The notes: generated by a model from the sequence alone, not told the origin. A stretch of 63,060 nt of DNA, filler included, from Reticulomyxa filosa (GCA_000512085.1; 24 parts of 24 records of this genome joined end to end with filler, not necessarily neighbours in it); one strand, 5' to 3'; counted from the whole stretch's first letter, positions 40,771 through 53,761 are shown. Made by a program: numbers and translations.

Positions 40771-41951
40771 GGAGTTTCCCATTTTTTGTTCCTAAACATA
40801 TCGTGTTTTTTCCTTCTTTTTTCATAAAATTAAAACTAGTGATTCTACCATCATTCTCATCCCCATAAAGAGTAAATAGTTGTTTTGCACACGAACGAAT
40901 ATCCCAAAAACGAATTGTATTATCATATGATCCAGAACATATCATATTTGAATAATCACCCGATTCAATATTTTCTATTATATATGGAGAGAATTCAGCT
41001 GCATAAATACCACATTTATGTCCATATAATGATCCAACTACTTTATTGTATCGAACATCATGCAAATGAATATTATTATCCCATGATCCAGATAAAATTA
41101 AATTTGAGCCACCTTTAGTTTCTAACTTATTTGAGCCATATTTTACACTTGTAATGCCGTTTTTGTGTGCATTAATGGTAAGTAATGGTTTGCACGTGTT
41201 TAAATCCCACACACGAATGGTATTATCATATGATCCAGAACAAAAACTAAATCCATTTCCACCAATCACACCAAGATTACTAACATTTAATGGTTCGCAA
41301 TCTAAGCATCTAACAGTACGTGTATGCAATCTGTAAATATTTACTAAGTTGGATAAACTAATATCCCATAAATAAATATTATTGTCACCACAGCCAGAAA
41401 ATAAATATTGATTGGCTTCAAGAGGTGAGAATTCAATACAAAAAACACCATTTTTATATCCATGTAATATATCAAACTGGCTCTTTTTTTCTATATCCCA
41501 AAATCGAATAGTTTCGTCTAGTGATGCCGAACAAATGACATTCCGCCCCATATGTTTATAGAACAGTGGAAATTTCACGCAATACACCCAGTTTGAATGT
41601 CCATATAATGACAAAATTTGTTCATTTTCATTTATACTACATACACGAACTGTTTTATCATTTGATCCTGAACAAATGAATAGGTTACCATCAAATATAG
41701 AATGATCAATGCTCCAAACAATATCAGTGCCCAATCAATGTTTTAAATGCTTTGGTTAACCCTCTGTAACAATTAGAATCAAAATTATCGTTTACCTGTA
41801 TTAAATTGACAATGATCGTTGTCATTATTATGTTAATAAAAAAAAACTTAACATTATTGACAACAACTATATCAAGGAAACAATCCCATCCATCTCTAAC
41901 AGCCAGTGTTCGAATCCAGTAGTAAATAATTAGTTTAATCTCTTGTTTTGA
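40771..41951 (-). CDS. WD40-repeat protein with N-terminal module exon (frameshift near 41730; 3'-truncated)
   Basis: Seven GH...CSGS.D.TIR.WD repeats. The upstream exon 41951-41853 reads SKQEIKLIIYYWIRTLAVRDGWDCFLDIVVVNN. Confidence 0.85.
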
Positions 41952-44900
41952 CTGTTTGTAGTTACAAGAATAAATATATAAGATAAGTGCTTTTTAAAAG
42001 TTTGAAACGCATTTACCAAAATTATTTTATGTTTGTGCATCGTTAGGTTCTNNNNNNNNNNNNNNNNNNNNNNNNNNNNNNNNNNNNNNNNNNNNTTAAT
42101 TAATTAANNNNNNNNNNNNNNNNNNNNNNNNNNNNNNNNNNNNNNNNNNNNACCAATTCAAGACGTTAGAATAAACTATTTTGAATCGATTGGTGTAATT
42201 TTGGTTGAATAACTTCATCACGTTGATGAAAATTTCCGCAAATGAATATTTTTTGTTTGCGTGATACACATTGAATTTTAGAAAGGGAAGTCGGCAACTC
42301 TTTTAAACTGTGAAAGTTGGTTAAATTTGTGAAATTTCCAAAAGATGTTTTGGTATTTATTTATGAGTTGATTTTAAAATAGGATTAAATGATTTTTTTT
42401 TGATGCAACCAAATGAAGTGAGTGATCATTAGAAACATTACGATGTAAATTAAAATCCCAAAAATATAACGTTTTGACTGAGTATTCCAGAACTCAGATA
42501 AAAAATAACTATTTTTTATTTTTTTGCATTCATTTCACTGTAGTTTTCTTTAATGATCGAAATTCAACAACCGAAAAAAATAATTCTAGTTTTTCAAGTA
42601 ATAAATAGGTCTCAAATTGAATAAAAAAAAATGTTGCGTTTCTCAATGGAGTGACAAATCGGAGTATTTTATTCATAATTCAAAAAACTCTACTAGCTTA
42701 AACAAAAACTCTAAAAAACTTTAACAACCCCCTTCGTCAAAAGTTTTCACCATGGATGGCCAAATAGGAGCAAAAGAGGACCTTTTTGTAGATTTTTTTA
42801 TATTGAAATTGAAAAAGTAGTAAAAAAAGAAATTAAAAAAATAAACATTACAATCTTCATCACGTCATCCATTACGAAGAGTAAAAAGCAATGTGATTGT
42901 GCAAATGCAAGGCAATTCTCTGTGGCTGACAGACCCAATGAAGAATGCGAACAAAAACTTTGATTAAGATTACCCTTTGACGCAAATAACTGTTACCAGT
43001 AAAAGTATTTTCAAAGTTTGCAAGCTGTTATATTTACTAGTAATATCATAACACATTTTTTTAAAGGAAAAAATCATATCAGCAATGAAAGTATTTGTAA
43101 TTCAAACTTACACTATCCAATTGATTGTTTTGTTTTTTTTATTTAGTAAAAACAAGTAATTACAAAAATCAATGCATCATAATTTATCACTTTGTCATAT
43201 AGATAACAAAAAACAAAATATTTAAAAAGATTGAGATCACAAAATTCTTCTAAACAGACAACTTGATAAAGTTTTATAGCTTCTTTATTGTTTACGGTTG
43301 TCTTGTTTCAATAGAGTTTATTTTTCAAAAACAATTAAAAAAAAATTTTTTAACACAAAGAGTGAACGTTAGAAACTTTTGTTGTTTTTAAAAGGCAGCA
43401 ACTTTAGACAAGAAAAAAGAATGCCAACTATGGTAAAATTAGTGTTCGCGTTGGAACTAGGATTGAATTTGCATTAAATATCTATCTAATTGATGTGTTT
43501 TTGAAGCGATATTCAGTTTGATTGTACCACGTTAGTATTGAATGAAATAAAGTAGTTATTCATTACTATTCACAATATCATTTCACGACAAAAATGGTAA
43601 TCCATTTTTTAAAAAAAGTCAGATAGACTGAAAAATCTTTTATGATAAATAATTAAATTGCATTACGTTGTTAATCTTCAATTTGTACTTTTTTGTAATC
43701 TTTAAACGTAAAAACAAAGAATACTCGAGTTGAAAAAGAAAACCCAAATGTGATTAATAGAACTTTTTTTTGACAGAATGTTTCGGAAAAACTCAGTTTG
43801 AATTTTAATTTGTTTTTATGTTTTGTTTTGGTATAGAATTTTTGATTTTTAATTTGTGCAAAATTTGAGTTGTTTAAGGAATAATTTTGTAAAATGCTGT
43901 ATTACAGCGAAAAAAAGAATCAAAGGGGACAATTTTTTAAATTTTTTACATCTTTACTTCCATCATTTGGTATAATGACAGTGCTATTAATCTCAGTGAT
44001 GAAGATACTAATCTTGACAATATTTTGTTGGCTCTGCATAGCCAAAGCTACCATCTACCTCCAGTTTACTGCTCATTTCTATTTCTCTTGCTTTCTTTTT
44101 TTTTTAGAAATAAAGAAAAAATCTATAATGATCATTTCGTTTGTTTTCGACATTGGGAGTATTGTGTTGAAACGAGACGACAGGTGTGAACGTGTAATGT
44201 TGGTGGAAAGATTTATCACATTTGACGACACAATGTGACTTGATGGGGTGAGCAACTGTGGACTGCCGATTAATGATAAAGTTAATCTGAGTAACAGACG
44301 AGAAAGAGATATATAGAAAGTGAAATAAAAAGAACTTTCTTTGCCACTTAGACATACATACGCAATTAACATACCCATAATTTATATGTAAATTATTGTA
44401 TATAATAATTTTTTTGAACTTTTGTTAAAAAAGGCGAAAGAAGATATTTGGCTCAAATGTAGCGACATAAATAATAAGAATGAATGGACCTATCAAACGA
44501 TAATGTGATTGGCTCGATGAAAGTGATATTGTACTGTGTGCAAAAATTGGAGTATTAATTCAAATGTGACGAATCACTGAATAAAGTTTTGTAATCACAA
44601 TACGAGCACGAATCTTACGTTAGTTAATGATAGTAGAGATAGTGGGAATGCATTAACAACTACAGCTACAACTGTAATTAGATAATAATGAGAATGGCAC
44701 ACAATGCAAGGCCGTGACGTTCCCGACAGATTAACTTGTGGCGTGTGTATACGCTGATAGACAAATTATCGTCGTTGGTCAAACAAATTGCGAATCCACA
44801 TATTTCTAACCCACAAACCAAACAAGGCTGATATTTTATTGCAATATTTTTGCTTAATTATACATACAAATCTATATCGTGGTTAACAGCAGCAGTCGGG

Positions 44901-47458
44901 TAAGTTATTAGCTTTGATATAGCTAATATATTGTTATGGAATTTCATTCAAACTTTCTTTGGACTGTCGGCATTCTTAAGCTTCGAGTAATCGCATAATG
45001 ATACAAATTGGACAATATCACATCTGGCAGCTTCTCCTTGCGGATTCTTCACCTCTACATTGACAGTCCAACTCTGGTGATAATGATTGACAATATCCAG
45101 TATTTATTTGCTGCAAATACAACTCTTAAGTAAAAAAAAGAAGTTTCATATAATATTTCTGACAGCTTTTTAAACAAATGCAACTAAATAATCTTGAAAT
45201 AATTTATAATATTATCAATAATGTGAATATTGAATTTTGTTTTTGACGTTGGAATGCGCAGCAGGTGCGATGGCGATGGCCTTGGACAAATTGGTTGGAA
45301 AAGTGGCGATTAAGAATAGCGAACATGTGCAAAGGGGTCTTGATACAATTTTTTTGCTTAGCTTAGTTCAGTCCATACATCTTAGATTGAGCTATAAAAA
45401 AAACAATAAAAAAATCAAAGCAATATACAAAAATTAAAAGCAAAAACAAAACTTAGACTAAGTGCTCTTAGTGCAATTGTGTTGGCAAAGCTTGCAAAAT
45501 ATCAAGAGCTTTTTTTGTATAAAGTGGTATTCACAGCCATAAAGTGATAATATGGGAATCACTCCATACCACATATAAGTTGGATTCGACGTTGTTGATA
45601 TATAATTGATATTTGTATTGCATTTGTTGCATATTGCCTCCAGGCAAGAGAAAGACTACCTATTGCAAAAGAGTAATCGGGCAAGATCCCAATCGCTATG
45701 TGTTGTGAACGAGTCGAACGAAGTAGTTTAATTTGGAAAAATCTCTAGCCAATCGCGTAGTGTAAACATCAACAAGAATATTGCTTATCGATCAAAGAAT
45801 AATAAGGTATAATTTATTAGCGAGCAATGTCAGTACGATGGATAAGTCGTGAAAACGCTTTAATCCATTTTACAGTCTCACTATTCCATTCAAGCTGTTC
45901 TTGCAATCTCATTCTTTGTCGTCTTACTCCATAATGGAACCATCCTATCTCGCGATAGAGGCTACGCTACTTCATTCGCCAAAGTTGATCTATCATCTCG
46001 TCATTATGTCAGGATTGTCAGTTTCGAGGTATCAAAATCGACATCGCATTGTCATGATCGTATTCTAGTGTAAGTGGTATCACTCGTACGCAGTGACGAA
46101 TACATGTGAAGTTACATGTAGAATCCGTACGAAACTACAGCACGCGCATACTGTCGCTTACAATGCCTTTGAAGACGCACGCGTGATCTTGGGATGTGCT
46201 TTTCAATAAAGGCATGTCGTGTTTCATACAAATAAAAGCGCACACATCATCATCTTCATCATTGATTCTCTTGCTCGAATGGGTAATAATATCGGCTCTA
46301 GGATGACTTTTCACAACTTGAGGAGCTTAGTGCAAACGAAGACAGAGCCAAATTATTTGATGACCATTAACGTGATTTCCAATGTATCGAGACAAACCTA
46401 GCTTCTTAGAATTGAAAATCAAATCCCTCCCACTAATCAACGTTGTAACATGGAACAAAACTACGAGATATTTAATGTGACGATGATCGGAAGTGCGAAC
46501 CGAAATGATGAAAGCAAGAGAAAGTTGGACGAAGTAGCTAGTCAGTTGAATCCGACGAGCGACGAAGCATGATGGATATGCTGTATATTAGTCAAAGCAA
46601 AATTTTGTGGCAAATTGAAACCAATGGAATATTCTTTTACATAGAATTATCGTACGAGATAGACAATATCGCAAATGTGTGCTTGGATGAAACCAAGGAA
46701 AATAATGGAGTTACAGCACTAATAAATGCAAATCGAAAGGATACCTTACCGCCAATTGCAAAGATATGAATTTAACGACAGCAATGCCAATTGTTATCCT
46801 CTTTGTGGCTATGTAATTAGTTTCAGCGAAAATCCTTAATGTGGATCGTGCAAAGGACATTATTGTTACTTTTCAAAAAACAAAAATTCGTTCACTTACA
46901 TGTTTGCCATTGCATACGAAAACGCTTTTGAAAAGATTCAATATATCTGATATCCAAAGAAAACGTGAATTTATGTCTCCGCCTTGCTAACTTTTACTTG
47001 CATCGATTGTGATGTAATGAATGATACAGTATTGCAAATTAGTGCGAATGTGGTCAATCTATAAAGAATTTTGCATAGCGTCGTGAAGATTTGCAACAGC
47101 CAATACATTAATTATGTAATTCAAATGATGCTCAAGTTATATAAAGAAGTATCACTGACCGTCAATTATTCATGATCACTATAATCAAGGTCAACTTGTT
47201 ATATCCTGAAAAGTTTGCATCAAAGGCAAATGCTGACATCTTATTGTATGGATACAACAAATGCAACATCAATAAGCCCCACAAGTATTAAACACACAAC
47301 ACTAAGCAAATAATAAAAAAATATATTGATCTTTATTACATTTTTTAAACATTTCTATNNNNNNNNNNNNNNNNNNNNNNNNNNNNNNNNNNNNNNNNNN
47401 NNTTAATTAATTAANNNNNNNNNNNNNNNNNNNNNNNNNNNNNNNNNNNNNNNNNNNN

Positions 47459-47486
47459 CCCCAAAACCCCAAAACCCCAAAACCCC
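47459..47486 (+). repeat. Spirotrich ciliate macronuclear telomere (C4A4)3C4, 28 bp
   Basis: The contig begins exactly CCCCAAAACCCCAAAACCCCAAAACCCC. 28 bp is the duplex telomere length described for Euplotes. Confidence 0.93.
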
Positions 47487-48955
47487 GGACTAAGTTTATA
47501 ATAATGAAATATTAAAATAAATATGTATGCATCAACATTCGCAGCTGCAATGTCTTGGAAACAACATGAAGTTTCCGAGATTCTCTATTAACTATAAAAT
47601 AATACAGGAAACGCCCTAATAATGACATTGAAGCGTTTCTACAAAGAACTATTAGGTCCTAGTGACACTGCAGTTGTCGGCACAAGGTGAGACATTAAAT
47701 TGGTGGCGCGACACGGATAACACCTCGGGGCATCTACTTACAGCGAGCAACAACTAATTGAAATTGCGATTCTGTGCATGCACTTCGAAGCAGCTGGCCA
47801 CCCAACATCTCGATACTCGCTAAACTAGCAAACCTTAGAGCAACATCAGGACCTATTTGGACACCGTGCTAATTTGTTAATTAGAAGTCGCCACGAATTT
47901 GCAAAAATTGAAGACTTAGTTGTCCACGTCTCAGGCGACAGACTTGCCTGATACAACTCAACAGACAGCTTGGATGAGACTTGTAGTGAGCACCCACTAA
48001 GCTTAGACATCAGATCCCCTGCAGAGACTCAGCATCAGAAAATTCAAAATCTGCAAAATTTCCATATGTCACGATCGATTTACAAGAAGACTGCGTGCAG
48101 AACTGCGATGATAGTTGCTCTAGGATGCAGAGGTCGAGCCAGCGGTCCCAGTGTTGCAAGTAAACAAAGAGCATCAATCGATCCAACTTCATATGGGTCG
48201 ATCAAGTTTGTCAAAATTTTGACCTCAAGCAAATGATCTCATTATTTGCTGGTTTTTGATGCCGAGCACGACACAGCCCGACCGACGCTGGCCTGGCTTA
48301 GCAGCGTAACTCTCGAAAGACAAGGTCTGCTCTCATGACTACCCGGCTGCGAGCAACCACCTTCCGAGTCGACCACAAGACAAAGTACACAAAACTAAGA
48401 CCAAATGCTTGAAATTTGAGATTTGTTTGCAAAAACTTGAAGTCCGTAACAAATTGATAAAAGTTACGGATCGGTCTAATGGAACTATATGAAAGAGTAA
48501 ATTTGTGATTTGCAAAATTTGCAATGAAGATTTACTCAGAATGAGACGTTTGAACTTGTTCAGCGTCTCATCGAAGCTCATGTAAATGAGATATAAGACA
48601 CTGACGCCTATGCGAAAAGTGTAGGGGTTGTATCGATGAGTCCTGCTCAGCAGGAAAATCAAAATTATTAATGAGTTAGTATTGAAAATCGACTGAGTGC
48701 AGATGCTGCTCTCTACCAAGTTAAACTTCTTAGCTTGGATGAAGTAAGTCTGCATCGTAGAGGCATACGTGGTAAAACAGTTCACACGAACTGACACTTT
48801 ATCACCTTGACTCTCGCCGATTCAAATACTGTTCTACTGCTTTGGGTTCGAAGTTGACGAATCGTTCAATTTCTGAATTCAATGAAACTCGTTTCGGAGT
48901 GGTAAACCTACTATTGCTTGCTTCGGCTTTCGGGCTGAGGTGAGTCAAGAATAGT
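47487..48955 (+). other. 5' spacer/ETS of a ciliate rDNA nanochromosome
   Basis: About 1.47 kb with no convincing ORF between the telomere and the 18S start. The rRNA promoter is expected here but was not located. Confidence 0.7.
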
Positions 48956-49584
48956 AATCTGGTTGATCCTGCCAGTAGTCATACGCTTGTCTCAAGGATT
49001 AAGCCATGCATGTCTAAGTATAAAGGATTTATAATGAAACTGCAAATGGCTCATTCAAACAGTTATAGTTTATTTGATATTCAAGCTAATATTCTTATTA
49101 GTTAAATGGATAACCGTAGTAATTCTAGAGCTAATACATGCGTTACGGGGAACTTTACGGGACCCCAGCGTTTATTAGATTTAAACCAATATTCCGCAAG
49201 GTCTACTGAGATGATTCATGATAACTGATCGAATTGCTGGAACTCTAGCAATAAATCATGTAGGTTTCTGCTTCCCATCAGCTTGATGGTAGTGTATTGG
49301 ACAACCATGGCATTCACGGGCTATCGGGGGATTAGGGTTCGATTCCGGAGAGGGAGCCTGATAAACGGCTACCACTTCTACGGAAGGCAGCAGGCGCGAA
49401 AATTATCCAATCCTGATTCAGGGAGGTAGTGAAAGAAATAATGAACTAGGATTTATCCTGGGATCACAATGGGCTTGATTTGCAAACACTTAGCGAGGAA
49501 CAATTGGAGGGCAAGTCTGGTGCCAGCAGCCGCGGTAATTCCAGCTCCACTAGCCTATGCAATCATTGTTGCGGTTAAGAGGCT
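48956..49584 (+). rRNA. 18S (SSU) rRNA, 5' part, Euplotes-like
   Basis: Begins AATCTGGTTGATCCTGCCAGTAG and contains GTGCCAGCAGCCGCGGTAATTCCAGCTCC. Variants such as GTTTCTGCTTCCCATCAGCTT, CACGGGCTATCGGGGGATT and GGCGCGAAAATTATCC are recalled as Euplotes-type. Confidence 0.97.
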
Positions 49585-50911
49585 NNNNNNNNNNNNNNNN
49601 NNNNNNNNNNNNNNNNNNNNNNNNNNNNTTAATTAATTAANNNNNNNNNNNNNNNNNNNNNNNNNNNNNNNNNNNNNNNNNNNNAAGTTTTTAAGGCGTC
49701 GTCACTGTCTATTTTGACTGTGTTCTTCAAAAATGAAAAAATCTGTTCCTTTTCTTCGTCTTTTTCTTCTTTCCTTTCTGCCATTTCAATAATGAAATGA
49801 GAAAGCTCACAAAAAAATTTTTTTGAAAAAACTTTCAACGAGATTACTTCTTTTGACTATCTTTTATGCGTTTTATTCATGTCTTTATTTTTTAAATGCA
49901 ATGAAAAAAATTAAAAGTTATAATTAAGCATTTGTGGTGCCAGTGGAGATCAATACTATCAGTTTGCTTGGACGTTGAAAGCTGTCCTTCAATTGTTGCA
50001 TCAGATTGTAGTTAGCTCCTATCAAAAGTAATATTGATTGATGCTTTGTTAAATTTTTTGAAATATATGACACATAACACTTCTTCAGTAAACTGTCATA
50101 AACCTTTAATCTTAATTGATTTTTCAAAATTCGCATGAAGTATATAAATAAACATGTATTACCAAGATATTATTTTTAAATCTTTTTGTTTCTTTTCAAG
50201 TCATGTATACACTTTTTAAAAAATTAGCACCTTTCGAAATTTTTGAAAATACAATAGTTTGGAAAAAAACAGCACAACTAAAATGCTACTTTATGAAGAT
50301 GTTTGATTTTCTCCTTGAAAAAACAACTTATGACCTAATTTTTTTAAAAAATATTTACAAATGTTGAAGTTTTTAAATATGATACTGGCTTTTAAATGAA
50401 GTCAATTCTTTTACTATTTGAAAATTTTTTAAAATATTTTTGATGTCGATAATAACTTACATTTGTTTTGGTATTCAATTAAGCTTTTGTATATGTTTTT
50501 TTCTACTTTTTCCCTTTTTTTTCAAACTTTTCTTTAGTTGATTTGCTATTTTTATTTGATCACCTTTGTAAAGTTTTACTTTGATTATTGTGGAACTTAA
50601 TCACGTTCATTCTGCTTTGTGGCATTTTGCGTTATCTTGTAAAAACTATCAGTTTCTATAATATTTCTTTATAAATTGTGCCATTAACTTGGATCGGTAG
50701 TACAAAACACATATGTCATATTGTATTGAAATTGAACATTCAATTAATAGTACTATTACAAATATCGGATGTAAAATTGAATAGTTGGAATAATCAAAAA
50801 AATACAAATGCAAAGAAAAAAGATGTTACTATGATTGACTTCGAATTTGCCTGAGATGTTCGAATTTGCAAATCGACAAAATTGCACTGTAGATACGTGT
50901 AGTGACAACTA

Positions 50912-52170
50912 CAGTTGCAAAAAAAAAAATTAGGCAACCCTAAAATATGAACTTTTTGTGTTTCCAACAAAAATTTGAGTAGCAAATTGTGATTATTTTT
51001 TCTGGTTTACTGGATATACGTTTACACTTTTATAAGTAGTTTGTAAAAACAATAAACAAAAATTTATAAAAGTTTGTTGAAAAATGATTTGAATTGAGGC
51101 ATCATCTCCACATACCTTGAGGTACGTAGCAGAACATATTTGCTTTTACAAAATTATTTACAAGAATAGGCTTCCACAGTAGATATAATAACTACAGTTA
51201 CAAATAAAAAACACCAACAAAAATTCTTAATATTTCGTATGCCCACCACTTGCTTTGATCAAAGCTTTTATTCTATCATGCATGGATTTCACTAACATTC
51301 TACAAATATCTTTGTCAATTTCTTCATATTCTTTATCAAACACATCACAAAGCTTCTCCAAAGATATAACCTCATGGTTTTGGTGGATCTTCATCTTTAT
51401 AATTCGCAACAGATTCTCGATTGAATTGAGGTCTGTGCAGAAGATGTTCTAAGAGCGCTATTCGATGATTCTACAAAAATTCCATAGCTGAATTTGACTA
51501 GTGACAAGACGCATTGTCTTGCTGAAAGATAAAGTCCTCCTGATACTTTTCTTCGAGACAATACCATTTAAATACTGGGATTTTAAAATGTTCTTCACAG
51601 TGCTAACTGAGAACGCCCTTTTATATGTTCGTGCGAGTAGTCGCTGTAAATCTACTTCTGTTTGTGCATCTCCAGAGTAAACTAAGAGCATCTCTATCAG
51701 TCCACGTTTTAGAACATCCAGACTATCTTTTGCTTGTAATCGTTCCACTGTTTAGTATGCATCCCAAATTGCTGGCCAGCCTCACGATACGACATTTACA
51801 TACTTATGTTTTCAAATAAAATTCATTGTTGTATTCCAGAGAGCTTGTGAGTCATGACTATAAGTCAAAGGATAATAATAAAAATAAAAAACTTGTTGGA
51901 ATGTTGAAAAAGAAAAGTTTAGGTGGAAAATTGTGACATCAACTGAAGTAAGTCCAACAGGAAAACTACACCCTTACAATCATTTTTGAAAATTTTTTTC
52001 TTCCAACAACTTTTCTAAATTTTGTTTATTGTTTTTACAAACTACTTATAAAAGTATAAACTTATATCCAGTAACCCAGAAAAAATAATCACAATTCGCT
52101 ACTCAAATTTTGGTTAGAAACACAAAAAGTTCATATTTTAGGGCTGCCTAATTTTTTTTTGTCGCAACTG
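50912..52170 (-). mobile_element. Tc1-family DNA transposon, internally deleted, long TIRs, TA target-site duplication
   Basis: TA|CAGTTGC... (50910-50918) and ...GCAACTG|TA (52164-52172). Imperfect inverted repeats of about 170 bp lie at 50912-51080 and 52001-52170. Confidence 0.92.
51227..51800 (-). pseudogene. Tc1 transposase remnant
   Basis: HTH segment SVSTVKNILK...G, catalytic FIFQQDNASCH (D codon 51516-51518), TDLNSIENL (E codon 51416-51418) and C-terminal SM.DRIKALIKASGGHTKY. It is frameshifted and the first catalytic D region is missing. Confidence 0.88.
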
Positions 52171-52733
52171 TAAAATGGCATCTTATGAAGATGATCGATT
52201 TTCTAAGCCAAAAATTAACATTTTTCAAAATTTTAAATATATCAGAATCTTCAACTATTTCAAAGCAATTCATTTTTTCTACAATCCTTTGTCAATTGCA
52301 AACATTCTGACCATATTATTTTGTGACAATCATACAAGATATATCATTTGTATTCCTCAACAAATGCCAAACTTGAATCAATATGACTAGCTTTAATTCT
52401 ATCAACAAATCCTTATTATTGTGATACACTGCGCACAGTCTTCGTTGAGATTTTAATTTTAACATTATTCTTATATAATTACAAATAGATTTTGCAGTAG
52501 AATATTTAATTATTTTAACAATTTTTCTTTGTGATCTAGAAGAATACGACAAATGACAACAGTATCTTGTCAAATGCGAAAGATTAAGCCACATTTTTCT
52601 TTTTTTTTAAATACATACACAGTTGATCGGCTGNNNNNNNNNNNNNNNNNNNNNNNNNNNNNNNNNNNNNNNNNNNNTTAATTAATTAANNNNNNNNNNN
52701 NNNNNNNNNNNNNNNNNNNNNNNNNNNNNNNNN

Positions 52734-53362
52734 GGCCGTGAATTCCGGCGCGCAGGCTTCGCCGTGATTGTCGCCCAGGACGATGTCGACCCGCTGGTCC
52801 CGATCCCGCATGCCGAGGCTGGAAGCCGAGGAGGGCATGGAATGAGCGTCGATCAGCAGGGCGCCGCCAAACGTGCTGTAGGTGTGCTCGACCAGTTGGG
52901 ACAGGGTCTGGTGATAGGGCCGCCAGCAGGTCTCCAGCCGGTACTCGATCGTGTCGGAGGGGACGCGGCCGCGGTAGATTGCCTCGCCGCTGGCGGCGAC
53001 CCGCGGGATCATGCCGAGACCGGCGGCCACCGGGTGGTGCGATGGTTCAGCGGCCGCGGCAGCGGGCCTTCGAACATACCGGGATCGAGCTCATAGGGTT
53101 CGCGGTTGGCATCGACGTAGGAGCGCGGAAATCGGGCGGCCAGGAACGGCATGCCGAGCGAGGGCGCAGCCGCAAACAGCTCGTCGACAAAGGCGTCTTC
53201 TGCCCTGCGGAGGGCTGCGAGCGGCACGGCCGCCTGCTCGAGAAAGGCGGCGGGATAGATCGAGCCGCTGTGCGGCGAGGCCACGACCACTGGAACCGTC
53301 TGGTGCGCCGGTAGCCGGCAATCCAGGGCCTCGTGATCGGGCAGGACCGGAAGAAAATCCAT
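52734..53362 (-). CDS. N-formylglutamate amidohydrolase (bacterial), 1-nt frameshift near 53030, 3'-truncated
   Basis: SPHSG..YP, ED.FVDELF, FPRSYVD.NR.P.ELD, GLG.IPR, PYH..L, LID.HSMPS and DIVLGD motifs. The contig is GC-rich. Confidence 0.92.
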
Positions 53363-53488
53363 CCCATGCTCATAGCGGGTGTGACGGGACACGTCACGCT
53401 CGCGCTCTTGCCAATCCGTTTGCGGCAATGTAGACGACCGGGCTTCCGCGTTACCGGTTGGTCCTGGACCCCGGCAACAGCAGGTGAT

Positions 53489-53563
53489 GGGCGCGTAGCT
53501 CAGCGGTAGAGCACTGTCTTGACATGGCAGTGGCCACAGGTTCGATCCCTGTCGCGCCCACCA
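53489..53563 (+). tRNA. tRNA-Val(GAC), bacterial, CCA encoded
   Basis: GGGCGCG/CGCGCCC acceptor stem, D-arm GCTCAGCGGTAGAGC, anticodon GAC at 53521-53523, T-arm GGTTCGATCC and 3' ACCA. Confidence 0.97.
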
Positions 53564-53634
53564 TCGCCTTCTTTCCAGCACCCCTTGATCGGAACCGGTG
53601 TCCAAGGCACCAGTAGGGAATGGCTGGAGTTCCG

Positions 53635-53761
53635 ATGTCCGATTTCTTCTCCCTCTACTCCCATGAGTTCGTGCGCGTTGCCTGCTGCGTGCCGCGCACC
53701 CGCGTGGCCGATGCGGCCTACAATCTGGCCGAGACGCTGAAGCTCGCGGCCCAGGGCGACG
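53635..53761 (+). CDS. nadE: Glutamine-dependent NAD+ synthetase, N-terminus (truncated)
   Basis: MSDFFSLYSHEFVRVACCVP..RVAD...N start of the nitrilase-like domain, with a GGAG RBS at 53626-53629. Confidence 0.85.

Noticed and set aside
47970-48797. ORFs between the telomere and the 18S gene
   Set aside because: They show no protein-like motifs, and their position fits rDNA spacer/ETS.
53020-53040. Programmed frameshift in the amidohydrolase
   Set aside because: It falls in a short C/G run with no slippery heptamer. A 1-nt sequencing error is simpler.
53363-53605. N-terminal extension of the amidohydrolase ORF
   Set aside because: It overlaps the tRNA-Val gene on the opposite strand. The real start is probably the ATG at 53362.
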